Translations under genes and position numbers: made by a program
Shown here: positions 17,519 to 27,906 of the stretch, one piece after another
Layout: each line of letters opens with the position of its first letter
How positions within the stretch are numbered: the stretch's first letter is position 1
Source of the DNA: a virus
Taxonomy: Duplodnaviria > Heunggongvirae > Uroviricota > Caudoviricetes
Virus record (IMG/VR): IMGVR_UViG_2648501336_000006
Span: 1-41,157 of that record
DNA length: 41,157 nucleotides
Direction: 5' to 3' (one strand)
Notes under the pieces: model-generated
The model's input: the letters and a program-made list of their open reading frames with translations, nothing else
Databases searched by the model: none
What the model was told of the DNA's origin: nothing

Positions 17519-17993
17519 CGTAATAGCGGCGATAAGTGGCGGGGCTATTGCTATAGCATCTGTGTTAATCACTGGACCAAGTGGTAATGATGGTCTGGAA
17601 GGTGTCAGCTACATACCATACAAAGATATTGTTGGTGTATGGACTGTATGTCACGGACACACCGGAAAAGACATCATGCTCGGTAAAACGTATACCGAAG
17701 CAGAATGCAAAGCCCTCCTGAATAAAGACCTTGCCACGGTCGCCAGACAAATTAACCCGTACATCAAAGTCGATATACCGGAAACAACGCGCGGCGCTCT
17801 TTACTCATTCGTTTACAACGTGGGTGCTGGCAATTTCAGAACATCGACGCTTCTTCGCAAAATAAACCAGGGCGATATCAAAGGCGCATGTGACCAGCTA
17901 CGTCGCTGGACATACGCTGGCGGTAAGCAATGGAAAGGCCTGATGACTCGTCGTGAGATTGAGCGTGAAGTCTGTTTGTGGGGGCAACAATGA
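17490..17993 (+). CDS. R: SAR endolysin (R21-type lysozyme with N-terminal signal-anchor-release domain), 167 aa
   Basis: N-terminal G/A-rich hydrophobic SAR segment ([17 protein letters not shown]) then lysozyme domain; near-identical to phage 21 R as recalled. Confidence 0.9.
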   Translation: MAMSPALRNSVIAAISGGAIAIASVLITGPSGNDGLEGVSYIPYKDIVGVWTVCHGHTGKDIMLGKTYTEAECKALLNKDLATVARQINPYIKVDIPETTRGALYSFVYNVGAGNFRTSTLLRKINQGDIKGACDQLRRWTYAGGKQWKGLMTRREIEREVCLWGQQ

Positions 17994-18427
17994 GCAGAGT
18001 AACCGCGATTATCTCCGCTCTGGTTATCTGCATCATCGTCTGCCTGTCATGGGCTGTTAATCATTACCGTGATAACGCCATTACCTACAAAGAACAGCGC
18101 GATAAAGCCACATCCATCATCGCTGACATGCAGAAGCGTCAACGTGACGTAGCAGAACTCGATGCCAGATATACAAAGGAGCTTGCTGATGCTAACGCGA
18201 CTATCGAAAGTCTCCGTGCTGATGTTTCTGCTGGTCGTAAGCGCCTGCAAGTCGCCGCCACCTGTGCAAAGTCAACGACCGGAGCCAGCAGCATGGGCGA
18301 TGGAGAAAGCCCAAGACTTACAGCAGATGCTGAACTCAATTATTACCGTCTCCGAAGTGGAATAGACAGGATAACCGCGCAGGTTAACTACCTGCAGGAG
18401 TACATCAGGACTCAGTGCCTGAAATAA
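17990..18427 (+). CDS. Rz: i-spanin Rz, 145 aa
   Basis: ATG overlapping endolysin stop; N-terminal TMD then coiled-coil; contains embedded Rz1 frame. Confidence 0.85.
   Translation: MSRVTAIISALVICIIVCLSWAVNHYRDNAITYKEQRDKATSIIADMQKRQRDVAELDARYTKELADANATIESLRADVSAGRKRLQVAATCAKSTTGASSMGDGESPRLTADAELNYYRLRSGIDRITAQVNYLQEYIRTQCLK
18189..18365 (+). CDS. Rz1: o-spanin Rz1 (lipoprotein embedded in Rz, +1 frame), 58 aa
   Basis: Signal peptide with lipobox (LLVVSAC) followed by proline-rich segment ([16 protein letters not shown]); AAGGAG SD 8 nt upstream. Confidence 0.8.
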   Translation: MLTRLSKVSVLMFLLVVSACKSPPPVQSQRPEPAAWAMEKAQDLQQMLNSIITVSEVE

Positions 18428-18458
18428 TTTTTTTGCAAATCACAAAGTCCATTTAATG

Positions 18459-18486
18459 AGCCTCGCATTCGCGGGGCTTTTTTATA
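18459..18486 (+). terminator. Intrinsic terminator after the lysis cassette
   Basis: AGCCTCGC-ATTC-GCGGGGCT stem-loop followed by TTTTTTA. Confidence 0.65.
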
Positions 18487-18626
18487 TCCGCAGTAAACGC
18501 GCATCTCACGCGCATATAAACGAGAGCCTTTCAGTAAGCGAGCCTGAGAAATGCCGTTATAGGTGGCGACCTCTCTCGGGCGGCTTTTCTGTGAGACAGG
18601 CTCACTTTCTAAAAGGTAAAGACGCC

Positions 18627-19148
18627 ATGAATATCGTGCCACTTAATTACAAAGGTGAAATTGTCAGTTTCAACACTGATGGTTGGATCAACGTCACAGG
18701 TGTTGCTGAGAGATTTGGGAAACGCATTGATAACTGGATGCGTTTGGCAGAAACGCTTGAATACGTTCGTGCTTTAGACGAAGCGTTGACCGGGAAAGAA
18801 TCTCAAATTTTACATCCCTCACAATCGAGGTATGTAAAAACCAGCAAGGCACGAAAGGACAGGGGTGGTGGTACGTGGCTACATCCAAAACTTTCAGTTG
18901 CATTTGCCCGTTGGTGTGATGCTCGTTTTGCTGTGTGGTGCGACCTGCACATTGATGGTCTGCTTCGCGGTGAATTGACTGAGCATCAGAAATATGAGCA
19001 AGCGTGCCGCATTCGCGATGACCGGAAATCAAAAGCCAGCAATGGGGCAAGAGAGATGGCTCGCTGGCGATGGGATAAGCCGGTTATTGAAGCAAATGTC
19101 GAGTACTGGCGCGAGCAACTGCAGTTGACTCTCGATATCGCGTGCTGA
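18627..19148 (+). CDS. KilA-N domain DNA-binding protein (173 aa from internal ATG)
   Basis: ORF track N-terminus trimmed to the ATG at 18627; N-terminal region resembles KilA-N/APSES-type domain; sits between lysis and terminase genes. Confidence 0.55.
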   Translation: MNIVPLNYKGEIVSFNTDGWINVTGVAERFGKRIDNWMRLAETLEYVRALDEALTGKESQILHPSQSRYVKTSKARKDRGGGTWLHPKLSVAFARWCDARFAVWCDLHIDGLLRGELTEHQKYEQACRIRDDRKSKASNGAREMARWRWDKPVIEANVEYWREQLQLTLDIAC

Positions 19149-19512
19149 TGGCAAACGCAAAACTGCGTTATCGGAAAAATCAAAGCATTACGAGAACTGA
19201 GCAACGGCTATCCATTACAAAGCCCATCTACGGGTGGGCTTGATAATGAAACCGGAGTTAATTTCTGGTCACTAATTAACGGCAGTACAGCGAAACAACC
19301 CAAGCCAGTAAGTGGGGAAATAACACTGGCAGCCACTGAAAGATGAACCTCCAGCCTTATGGCAAAAAAGATTCTTTGTGGTGGCGGACTGATGGAAAGA
19401 CATCCTAATTCCAGCCAAACATTGAAGGAGTTGTTATGTCAGCAGAAGGTTTTAATAACCCATCAAAATTCCGGGATGAGTGGGATAAGCAAACAGAAGG
19501 GAAATAATCAAT

Positions 19513-19938
19513 ATGGCGACTGAGAAAAAGAATGTCGGTCGCCCTTCGGATTACCTGCCGGAGGTGGCTGATGATATCTGTGCGCTGCTTGCCTCCGGGG
19601 AAAGTCTGGTTAAGCTTTGCAAGCGCCCCGGCATGCCAGCAAAGGCTACTGTATTTCGCTGGCTGTCAGAGCATGACGAATTTAGAGACAAGTACGCGAA
19701 GGCAACTGAGGCGCGAGCTGATTCTATTTTCGAAGAGATATTCGAAATTGCTGACACTGCGATTCCAGATGCTGCTGAGGTGGCAAAGGCAAGACTTCGC
19801 GTTGATACCCGCAAATGGGCGTTGGCCCGAATGAATCCCCGTAAGTATGGCGACAAGGTAACTAACGAGCTTGTCGGCAAGGACGGCGGCGCAATCCAGA
19901 TTGAAACATCACCGATGAGCACTCTATTCGGAAAATGA
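19513..19938 (+). CDS. terS: Terminase small subunit (Sf6 gp1 type), 141 aa
   Basis: Recognised as Sf6 gp1-like (GRPSDY.PEVADDIC...ARLRVDTRKWALARMNPRKYGDKV). Confidence 0.9.
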   Translation: MATEKKNVGRPSDYLPEVADDICALLASGESLVKLCKRPGMPAKATVFRWLSEHDEFRDKYAKATEARADSIFEEIFEIADTAIPDAAEVAKARLRVDTRKWALARMNPRKYGDKVTNELVGKDGGAIQIETSPMSTLFGK

Positions 19939-21350
19939 CCTCGATTAATCCTATCTTTGAACCGTTCATTGAGGCGCATCGCTACAAAGTCGCCAAAGGC
20001 GGTCGAGGTAGCGGTAAATCATGGGCAATCGCGAGACTGCTTGTTGAAGCGGCGCGTCGGCAGCCGGTGCGTATTCTCTGCGCTCGCGAACTGCAAAACA
20101 GTATCAGCGATTCAGTAATCCGGTTGCTTGAAGACACCATTGAGCGGGAAGGGTATTCGGCTGAGTTTGAAATTCAGCGTTCCATGATTCGTCATCTCGG
20201 AACGAATGCTGAATTCATGTTCTACGGCATCAAAAACAACCCGACGAAGATTAAATCGCTCGAAGGCATTGATATCTGCTGGGTGGAAGAAGCGGAAGCG
20301 GTAACAAAGGAATCATGGGACATCCTGATACCAACCATCCGCAAGCCGTTTTCCGAAATATGGGTGAGCTTTAACCCGAAAAACATCCTCGACGATACCT
20401 ATCAGCGATTCGTTGTAAACCCTCCTGATGATATTTGTCTGCTGACGGTGAACTACACCGACAACCCGCACTTTCCTGAAGTTCTCCGTCTGGAGATGGA
20501 AGAGTGTAAACGCAGAAATCCGACACTGTATCGTCACATCTGGCTTGGTGAGCCGGTAAGCGCAAGTGATATGGCAATCATCAAACGAGAATGGCTTGAA
20601 GCTGCAACCGATGCGCACAAGAAACTCGGATGGAAAGCGAAAGGCGCGGTTGTCTCTGCGCATGACCCATCAGATACAGGGCCAGATGCTAAAGGTTATG
20701 CATCGCGTCACGGTTCGGTAGTTAAGCGCATTGCCGAAGGTCTGCTGATGGACATCAATGAAGGTGCTGACTGGGCAACTTCGCTGGCGATTGAAGACGG
20801 CGCTGACCACTACTTGTGGGATGGCGATGGCGTTGGTGCAGGGCTACGCAGACAGACAACGGAAGCATTCTCCGGTAAGAAAATCACCGCTACGATGTTC
20901 AAGGGCAGCGAATCGCCATTTGATGAAGATGCACCATATCAGGCCGGAGCATGGGCTGATGAAGTCGTGCAGGGCGACAACGTTCGCACTATTGGCGATG
21001 TATTCCGCAATAAGCGAGCACAATTCTATTACGCGCTGGCTGACAGGCTGTATCTGACATATCGGGCGGTTGTTCACGGTGAGTATGCAGACCCAGACGA
21101 CATGCTGAGTTTCGACAAAGAAGCGATAGGCGAGAAGATGCTGGAGAAGCTGTTTGCAGAACTGACGCAGATTCAGCGCAAATTCAATAACAACGGGAAG
21201 CTGGAGCTTATGACTAAGGTCGAAATGAAGCAGAAGCTCGGTATTCCATCTCCTAACCTGGCTGATGCGCTGATGATGTGTATGCATTGCCCGGAGTCGG
21301 CTGCGCAAACCGACTATTCCAGTTACTCAATTCCTTGTGGTGTAGGTTGA
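19935..21350 (+). CDS. terL: Terminase large subunit (Sf6 gp2 type), 471 aa
   Basis: Walker A KGGRGSGKS near N-terminus; N-terminus matches Sf6 gp2 as recalled; start overlaps terS stop. Confidence 0.95.
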   Translation: MTSINPIFEPFIEAHRYKVAKGGRGSGKSWAIARLLVEAARRQPVRILCARELQNSISDSVIRLLEDTIEREGYSAEFEIQRSMIRHLGTNAEFMFYGIKNNPTKIKSLEGIDICWVEEAEAVTKESWDILIPTIRKPFSEIWVSFNPKNILDDTYQRFVVNPPDDICLLTVNYTDNPHFPEVLRLEMEECKRRNPTLYRHIWLGEPVSASDMAIIKREWLEAATDAHKKLGWKAKGAVVSAHDPSDTGPDAKGYASRHGSVVKRIAEGLLMDINEGADWATSLAIEDGADHYLWDGDGVGAGLRRQTTEAFSGKKITATMFKGSESPFDEDAPYQAGAWADEVVQGDNVRTIGDVFRNKRAQFYYALADRLYLTYRAVVHGEYADPDDMLSFDKEAIGEKMLEKLFAELTQIQRKFNNNGKLELMTKVEMKQKLGIPSPNLADALMMCMHCPESAAQTDYSSYSIPCGVG

Positions 21351-21351
21351 T

Positions 21352-23550
21352 ATGGCAGAAAAAAAGATGACTGACTGGCATCGCAAGGTGCTGTGCAACT
21401 TTGATAATGCCTGGTCAGCAACGCAGGATATGCGTGAGCAGATTATTGAGGCTCAACGTTTCGTCCGGGTATCCGGCGCACAGTGGGAAGGCAGCACAAA
21501 CGCTGGTTACTCATTTGATGAAGGCAGGTTTGAGCATTACCCGCGCTTTGAACTGAATAAGATTGCCCGTGAATGTGATCGCATCATTGGCGAGTATCGA
21601 CAGAATCGCATCAGCGTTAAATTCAGGCCGAAGGACGATAAGGCATCGGAAGCGTTAGCCGAAAAGATGAACGGCAAATTCCGCGCTGACTATCAGGAAA
21701 CATCCGGTGGTGAAGCGTGTGATAACGCATTTGATGATGCTGTAACGGGCGGATTCGGTTGTTTCCGCATGTGTGCCGATTACGAAGATGAAATGGATCC
21801 GAGTAACGAGCAGCGCCGCATCAGCCTTCTTCCTGTTTACGACCCAGCGACATGCGTCTTCTTCGATCAGGACAGCAAGCAATATGACCGCTCTGATGCT
21901 ATGTGGGCTATGGAAATGTTCTCCATGACGCCTAAAGCGTTCGAGACTGAATATCCTGATTCCATCGCGGCAAGCCTTTCTCGTGATGACACTGGTACTC
22001 AGTATGACTGGTCAACGCCCGATGCCATCTATGTTGGACGCTACTACGAAGTTCGCATAGAGAAGGTGAAGCTCACGGCGTGGCGCAATCCTGTCAGCGG
22101 AGAAACAGCAATCTATGATGAAGAGCAAATCAAAGATATTGTCGACGAGCTGACCGATGGTGCATTCGAACTGATTGGCGAGCGAACGGTGAAGAAACGC
22201 CGCGTTTATTGCGGTCTTCTGTCTGGCGCTGAATGGCTGGAAGAACCGAAGCGTATTCCGGGCGAACATATTCCTCTCATCCCGGTATATGGGCGTCGCT
22301 CATTTGTTGATAATCAGGAGCGAATCGAAGGCCACGCAGCAAAAGCGATGGATGCACAGCGTCTTGAGAACCTGATGGTTTCCATGATTGCAGATAACGC
22401 TACTCAGGCTGGCGGTGATGGCATTCCTGTAGTTGATGTTGACATGATTCCTGGTCCTCTCGCCACTCATTGGGCGGAGCGCAACAAAAAGCGCCCGGCG
22501 TTCCTGCCGATGGTCAGTCTGAAAAACAAAAACGGAGATATTACTGCGCAGGCTCAGGTCAGCAGTTATACGCCTCCGACACAAATGCCTCCAGCTCTTG
22601 CCGGGCTATTGCAGTACACCGGAACGGCTATTCAGCAAATTACAGGTGCGTCGCAGCTTGAGAACATGCCGAGCAACGTCGCCACCGATACCGTTGATAG
22701 CATCTTTAACCGGATGGACACGCAGTCCTATATCTACATGGACAACATGGCTAAATCCATGCGCCGCGCTGGCGTCGTGTGGCTTTCTATGGCGCGTGAG
22801 GTCTATGGCAGTGATACGCCGATGCGTATCGTTAATGAGGACGGCAGCGATGACGTGGCGCTGATGACTGGTGAAGTGGTTGACCGTCAGACAGGGCAGG
22901 TTATCGCGCTTAACGACCTTTCGCAGGGTAACTATGAAGTGACTGTCGATGTTGGTCAGTCGTTCGCTACTCGCCGTGATGCAACGGTTAAGTCGTTACT
23001 TTCCATGCTGGCACTTATCCCACCAGGAACGCCGAAGCACGACCTTGTATCGTCGATGATTCTCGACAATATGGACGGTGAAGGGATGGACGACCTTAAA
23101 GAATACAACCGCAATCAGTTGCTTCTGTCTGGAGTTATCAAGCCGAGAACACCAGAAGAACAGCAGATGGTTGAGCAGGCGAAACAACAACAGGCCAGTC
23201 AGCCAGATCCGGCTATGGTTGCTGCGCAAGGTCAGCTTCTTGCTGGTCAGGCTGAATTGCAGAAAGCGCAGAACGAACAGGCAGCCATTCAGGTTAAAGC
23301 ATTCCAGGCACAGACTGATGCTCAGGTTGCAGCGGCAAATGTTGTGAAAATACTCGCATCTGCCGATAGTCAGCAGAAATCTGATATCCGCGAGGCTCTG
23401 AAACTGCTCGGACAGTTCCAGCAACAGCAAGGAGACAATGCCCGTGCTGATGCAGAGCTTGTCCTGAAAAGTCAGGCACAGGGTCATGCGCAGCGCATGG
23501 ACATCAGCAGCATCCTGCAAAAATCAACTCAGCAACAACCACAGCAGTAA
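21352..23550 (+). CDS. Portal protein (P22 gp1 family), 732 aa
   Basis: Conserved segments shared with P22 portal (VYCGLLSG..GEHIP.IPV.G) and Q-rich C-terminal barrel region; position after terL. Confidence 0.9.
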   Translation: MAEKKMTDWHRKVLCNFDNAWSATQDMREQIIEAQRFVRVSGAQWEGSTNAGYSFDEGRFEHYPRFELNKIARECDRIIGEYRQNRISVKFRPKDDKASEALAEKMNGKFRADYQETSGGEACDNAFDDAVTGGFGCFRMCADYEDEMDPSNEQRRISLLPVYDPATCVFFDQDSKQYDRSDAMWAMEMFSMTPKAFETEYPDSIAASLSRDDTGTQYDWSTPDAIYVGRYYEVRIEKVKLTAWRNPVSGETAIYDEEQIKDIVDELTDGAFELIGERTVKKRRVYCGLLSGAEWLEEPKRIPGEHIPLIPVYGRRSFVDNQERIEGHAAKAMDAQRLENLMVSMIADNATQAGGDGIPVVDVDMIPGPLATHWAERNKKRPAFLPMVSLKNKNGDITAQAQVSSYTPPTQMPPALAGLLQYTGTAIQQITGASQLENMPSNVATDTVDSIFNRMDTQSYIYMDNMAKSMRRAGVVWLSMAREVYGSDTPMRIVNEDGSDDVALMTGEVVDRQTGQVIALNDLSQGNYEVTVDVGQSFATRRDATVKSLLSMLALIPPGTPKHDLVSSMILDNMDGEGMDDLKEYNRNQLLLSGVIKPRTPEEQQMVEQAKQQQASQPDPAMVAAQGQLLAGQAELQKAQNEQAAIQVKAFQAQTDAQVAAANVVKILASADSQQKSDIREALKLLGQFQQQQGDNARADAELVLKSQAQGHAQRMDISSILQKSTQQQPQQ

Positions 23551-23640
23551 TTAACCCATAACGTGCAATGGCTGTCTTTATGAGGCCTGGCATCCTATTG
23601 CCTTCCGATGGGCTGAACATCGAGTAAACAGGGGTAACAA

Positions 23641-24534
23641 ATGGACCAGATGGCAGAAAACACACCAGAAGTTGAAATCGAAACCGACGCGTCAGAGCAG
23701 ATTCCTGATGATGTCGAACTGGCTGAAGAAGTCGAAACAGAAGATGGCAGTGAGTCCTCCGGCAATGATGCAGAGGAAGCTACTGAAACTGATGACGACG
23801 AATCAGAACAGGAATTCTACTTTGGTGACGAAAAGCTGGATTCGCCAACCAGCGAAGATAGCGCAGAGCATGGACTGGTAAAACACCTGCGCAAGACGAT
23901 TAAAGAGAAAGACCGCGAGCTGAAAGAGCTGATGCGTCAGTCTCAGAAACCCGTCGAGCAGCAGCCGGTAATCACTCAACCACCGCGAATGCCAAAACTG
24001 GATGATGAGGACATCGGTTTCGATGAAGAAATCTATCAGCAACGCATGGCTAAGTGGGCAGAGGATAACGGAAAGTACCAGCAACAGGAGATGGCTCGCA
24101 AGCAGAAGGAGCAGGAGCTTCAGGCTGCCTATCAAGAGCGATTATCCAAATATCAGCAACGTGTTAAGGCTCTCAAAGTTCCTGGCTATCAGGAAGCTGA
24201 GCAGGCCGTACTCGAGGAAATTCCCATCGAGACACAAAGCGCGATCCTGTTTGAGTCAGAGAAGCCGGAAATCGTTGTTCTGGCGCTCGGTCGCAACGCT
24301 GAACTGCGCAAGCAACTGGCAGAAGCTACTAACCCCGTAGCAATTGGTCGTCTGCTGGAACGTATCGAATCGAAGGCCAGAATCATGCCAAAAGCAAAAA
24401 CCACGGCAGCCACAACCCCGACAGTTAAGGGGAGCAACGGCGCAGTAATCAATAACCTCGACAAACTGAAAGCCAAGGCGCTGGAAACTGGTGACTGGAC
24501 GCCGTATTTCGCCGCTAAAAAGGCAAAAAAATAA
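23641..24534 (+). CDS. Scaffolding protein, 297 aa
   Basis: Acidic N-terminus, coiled-coil body, basic C-terminus; position between portal and coat. Confidence 0.8.
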   Translation: MDQMAENTPEVEIETDASEQIPDDVELAEEVETEDGSESSGNDAEEATETDDDESEQEFYFGDEKLDSPTSEDSAEHGLVKHLRKTIKEKDRELKELMRQSQKPVEQQPVITQPPRMPKLDDEDIGFDEEIYQQRMAKWAEDNGKYQQQEMARKQKEQELQAAYQERLSKYQQRVKALKVPGYQEAEQAVLEEIPIETQSAILFESEKPEIVVLALGRNAELRKQLAEATNPVAIGRLLERIESKARIMPKAKTTAATTPTVKGSNGAVINNLDKLKAKALETGDWTPYFAAKKAKK

Positions 24535-24552
24535 CCTATCGGAGCATTAAGC

Positions 24553-25806
24553 ATGGCTAACCATTTAGCAAAAGACCTTGAAATCATGTTCGAAAACTAC
24601 GTTGAAGGCTTTGAGGCCGCCTGCGTAGTTTCCCGTAACGCTAAAAAATTCCGTCCCGGTGATACAGCAATGCAGCGAGCAGGTGATGTTCTGTATCGTC
24701 CGCAGCATTACCACATGAACATTGAGGAAGGCCTCGATCTCAGCAGCAAAACACCAACAGCACTGGTTCAGCGCCTTGTTCCTTCAGTGTTCAAGGAGCC
24801 GAAAAACATTCTGTACACTCTGGATGCGCGTGAAATGCGTGACCCGGAACATAAAACTGAAGCTGGTCGCGCCGCAGGTATGCGCCTTGCTGCACAGATT
24901 GACTCTGACCTGATTTCCATGGTCACGCAGCGTGCTACTAACGTGATCACAATGGCTGACTCAACCACTGGTTCACAGGGCCGTGATTTGTGGAACTGTG
25001 CGGCAGGTATTGATGCCACCATGACGGCGATTGGTGTACCACAGGGTATCAACCGCCGCTCTTTCTGGAATCCCTTCAACTATAAAGACCTTGCTGGCGA
25101 GCTTGGTCACCGTGCTTATGCTCAGGGCGCAACCCTGACAGCATACGAAAAAGCGCAGATCCCTCCGGTTGCGTCCTTCGATAGCTACAAGACCGATATT
25201 TCCGGTCGTGTTCCGAAGGGTACAGCAACTTCCATTACGCTGGCAGCAGCACCTGCGCACAAGGTTGAAGCGAAAGATGCTAACGATATGCCAGTGGATA
25301 ACCGACAGGGGACCATTACGGTATCTGCTGAAGGTTTGCAGGTTGGCGATGCGTTTACCATCGCAGGGGTGAATTCCGTACACCAGATCACCAAAGATAC
25401 CACTGGGCAGCCGCAGGTATTCCGCGTTCTGGCAGTTAGCGGAACTACCGTAACAATTTCTCCAAAGATTCTCCCTGTTGAAAATACTGATGTTGCGAGT
25501 CGTCCATATGCAAACGTCGATGCCAAACCGGCAGAATCAGCAGCAATCACCATTCTCAACAAGAATGCCGCACCGGCTAACCTGTTCTGGGCTGATGGTT
25601 CTGTTGAGCTGATGTACGGCAAACTGGCGTTCCCGACTGGTCAGGGTCCACAGGTAATGACAGCAACCACCGAGCAGGGCGCTACGCTGATCATGTCTTA
25701 CTCCTTCGACCACATCAAAGGCGTAACCACTGCTCGTTTCACCACTCTGTACGGTTGCTCTGTACTTGTTCCTGAATATACGGGCATCGTTATTGCCGGG
25801 CAGTAA
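24553..25806 (+). CDS. Major capsid (coat) protein, 417 aa
   Basis: Position and size; followed by a strong terminator; not similar to P22/Sf6 coat as far as recalled. Confidence 0.8.
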   Translation: MANHLAKDLEIMFENYVEGFEAACVVSRNAKKFRPGDTAMQRAGDVLYRPQHYHMNIEEGLDLSSKTPTALVQRLVPSVFKEPKNILYTLDAREMRDPEHKTEAGRAAGMRLAAQIDSDLISMVTQRATNVITMADSTTGSQGRDLWNCAAGIDATMTAIGVPQGINRRSFWNPFNYKDLAGELGHRAYAQGATLTAYEKAQIPPVASFDSYKTDISGRVPKGTATSITLAAAPAHKVEAKDANDMPVDNRQGTITVSAEGLQVGDAFTIAGVNSVHQITKDTTGQPQVFRVLAVSGTTVTISPKILPVENTDVASRPYANVDAKPAESAAITILNKNAAPANLFWADGSVELMYGKLAFPTGQGPQVMTATTEQGATLIMSYSFDHIKGVTTARFTTLYGCSVLVPEYTGIVIAGQ

Positions 25807-25813
25807 TTTTGGT

Positions 25814-25836
25814 GGGGCTTCGGCCCCATTTTTATT
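25814..25836 (+). terminator. Strong intrinsic terminator immediately after the coat gene
   Basis: GGGGC-TTCG-GCCCC stem-loop followed by ATTTTTATT. Confidence 0.8.
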
Positions 25837-25847
25837 GGGAGAAGACA

Positions 25848-26036
25848 ATGGCACGAACAATGCTCTATAAGCCTGGCAACATGATCACCTGTGGTCAGTT
25901 TGCTGTCGATTACATCATTGTTGATGACGAAGAAGTTAAATCTCACCTGAAAAAAGGCTGGGTAAAAACTCCTGAAGAAACCGCAACGAAGCAAAAAGTG
26001 GCTAAGGCGGAAGAAGATGGCGAAAACGAAGGGTGA
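25848..26036 (+). CDS. Small hypothetical virion-module protein (62 aa)
   Basis: ORF track start is TTG; ATG at 25848 with GGGAGA SD. Confidence 0.5.
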   Translation: MARTMLYKPGNMITCGQFAVDYIIVDDEEVKSHLKKGWVKTPEETATKQKVAKAEEDGENEG

Positions 26037-26478
26037 TCTCGTTCTTAAGGCTTTACGAAAAGCCGGGCTGTATTCCAATGCCACGTTGACAGATGCTGAC
26101 CCTCAGGCAATTGAAGATGCCATTAATGACCTCGAAGACATGATGGCAGCATGGCAGGCGAAAGGTATCGAGCTTGGGTATCAGTTTGCTGATACAGAAA
26201 ACGGCATCATGCCGTTACCTGACGATGATTCAGGTATCCCTGCATGGGCAAATGATGGAGTCGCTTTGAAACTCGCTGTGCAAGTGTGCATGGATAACGT
26301 CATTCAGCCGTCAGACGCTCTCCTTACCGCTGCTGACTGTGCATATCAGACAATCTGTATCGCTTTAACCAAAATACCACCACTTGAGCGGCGAAATGAC
26401 ATGCCTCGCGGTAGTGGTAACAAAAGCGCGTTTACGTGGAATCGGTTTTACATCGAGAAAGATGATCCGAGTACGTGA
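26017..26478 (+). CDS. Head completion / tail adaptor protein (P22 gp4 homolog), 153 aa
   Basis: Similar to P22 gp4 as recalled (KTKGDLV..ALRK.G..S.ATLTD..PQ...DA..DLE.MMA.W). Confidence 0.85.
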   Translation: MAKTKGDLVLKALRKAGLYSNATLTDADPQAIEDAINDLEDMMAAWQAKGIELGYQFADTENGIMPLPDDDSGIPAWANDGVALKLAVQVCMDNVIQPSDALLTAADCAYQTICIALTKIPPLERRNDMPRGSGNKSAFTWNRFYIEKDDPST

Positions 26479-26487
26479 GGTGAATAA

Positions 26488-27906
26488 ATGCCGATTCAGC
26501 AACTTCCGCTTATGAAAGGTGTCGGAAAAGACTTCCGAAACGCCGACTATATCGACTATCTGCCAGTGAATATGTTGGCTACACCCAAAGAAATCCTGAA
26601 CAGCAGCGGATATCTTCGTTCATTCCCGGGAATTACCAAACGTTCTGATGTGAACGGCGTATCGCGGGGCGTCGAGTACAACATGGCGCAGAATGCTGTT
26701 TATCGTGTGTGTGGCGGCAAGCTCTACAAAGGCGAAAGCGAAGTCGGTGACGTCGCCGGAAGTGGTCGCGTATCAATGGCACATGGTCGGACATCTCAGG
26801 CTGTAGGCGTTAATGGTCAACTGGTCGAGTATCGTTATGATGGCACGGTTAAAACAGTCTCAAACTGGCCTACAGACAGCGGATTCACGCAGTATGAGTT
26901 AGGTTCAGTCCGCGACATTACGCGCTTACGTGGGCGTTATGCGTGGTCAAAAGACGGCACTGATTCATGGTTTATCACTGACCTTGAAGACGAATCACAT
27001 CCTGACCGATACAGCGCACAATATCGTGCCGAGTCTCAGCCTGACGGCATCATCGGCATCGGAACATGGCGAGACTTCATCGTCTGCTTTGGTTCATCGA
27101 CGATTGAATATTTCTCCCTGACTGGTGCAAACACCGTTGGTGCCGCTTTGTATGTTGCACAGCCATCACTGATGGTGCAGAAAGGAATTGCCGGGACTTA
27201 CTGTAAAACGCCGTTTGCTGATTCGTATGCGTTTATCAGCAATCCGGCAACAGGTGCGCCGTCTGTATACATCATCGGCTCCGGTCAGGTGTCACCAATC
27301 GCCAGCGCGAGCATTGAGAAAATACTACGCTCCTACACTGCTGATGAACTGGCTGATGGCGTGATGGAGTCTCTGCGATTTGATGCGCATGAGCTGCTGA
27401 TTATTCACCTGCCGCGCCATGTCCTCGTGTACGACGCATCTTCAAGCGCCAATGGTCCGCAATGGTGCGTACTGAAAACAGGCCTGTATGACGATGTGTA
27501 CCGCGCTATCGACTTCATTTACGAAGGCAATCAGATAACGTGCGGCGATAAGCTGGAGTCCGTGACCGGAAAATTGCAGTTCGACATCAGCAGCCAGTAT
27601 GGGCTACAGCAAGAACACCTGCTGTTTACTCCACTCTTCAAAGCAGATAACGCCAGATGCTTTGATCTGGAGGTGGAATCATCGACGGGTGTCGCTCAGT
27701 ACGCCGACCGCCTGTTCCTCTCGGCAACCACTGATGGCATCAATTACGGTCGTGAGCAGATGATTGAGCAGAATGAACCGTTCGTTTACGACAAACGCGT
27801 TTTGTGGAAGCGAGTTGGGCGCATCAGGAAAAATGTCGGCTTCAAATTGCGTGTTATCACTAAGTCACCTGTCACTCTGTCAGGCTGCCAGATAAGGATC
27901 GAGTAA
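26488..27906 (+). CDS. Tail accessory protein (P22 gp10 homolog), 472 aa
   Basis: Near-identical to P22 gp10 as recalled ([46 protein letters not shown]); same length. Confidence 0.92.
   Translation: MPIQQLPLMKGVGKDFRNADYIDYLPVNMLATPKEILNSSGYLRSFPGITKRSDVNGVSRGVEYNMAQNAVYRVCGGKLYKGESEVGDVAGSGRVSMAHGRTSQAVGVNGQLVEYRYDGTVKTVSNWPTDSGFTQYELGSVRDITRLRGRYAWSKDGTDSWFITDLEDESHPDRYSAQYRAESQPDGIIGIGTWRDFIVCFGSSTIEYFSLTGANTVGAALYVAQPSLMVQKGIAGTYCKTPFADSYAFISNPATGAPSVYIIGSGQVSPIASASIEKILRSYTADELADGVMESLRFDAHELLIIHLPRHVLVYDASSSANGPQWCVLKTGLYDDVYRAIDFIYEGNQITCGDKLESVTGKLQFDISSQYGLQQEHLLFTPLFKADNARCFDLEVESSTGVAQYADRLFLSATTDGINYGREQMIEQNEPFVYDKRVLWKRVGRIRKNVGFKLRVITKSPVTLSGCQIRIE

Noticed and set aside
19436-19507. 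23-codon ORF (MSAEGFNNPSKFRDEWDKQTEGK) with GAAGGAG SD just upstream of terS
   Set aside because: Too short to assess; may be real but no supporting evidence beyond the SD.
20313-23520. Minus-strand ORFs inside terL and portal (20313-20663, 20844-21308, 22012-22584, 22996-23520)
   Set aside because: Antisense to highly conserved structural genes with clear homology; no independent signals.
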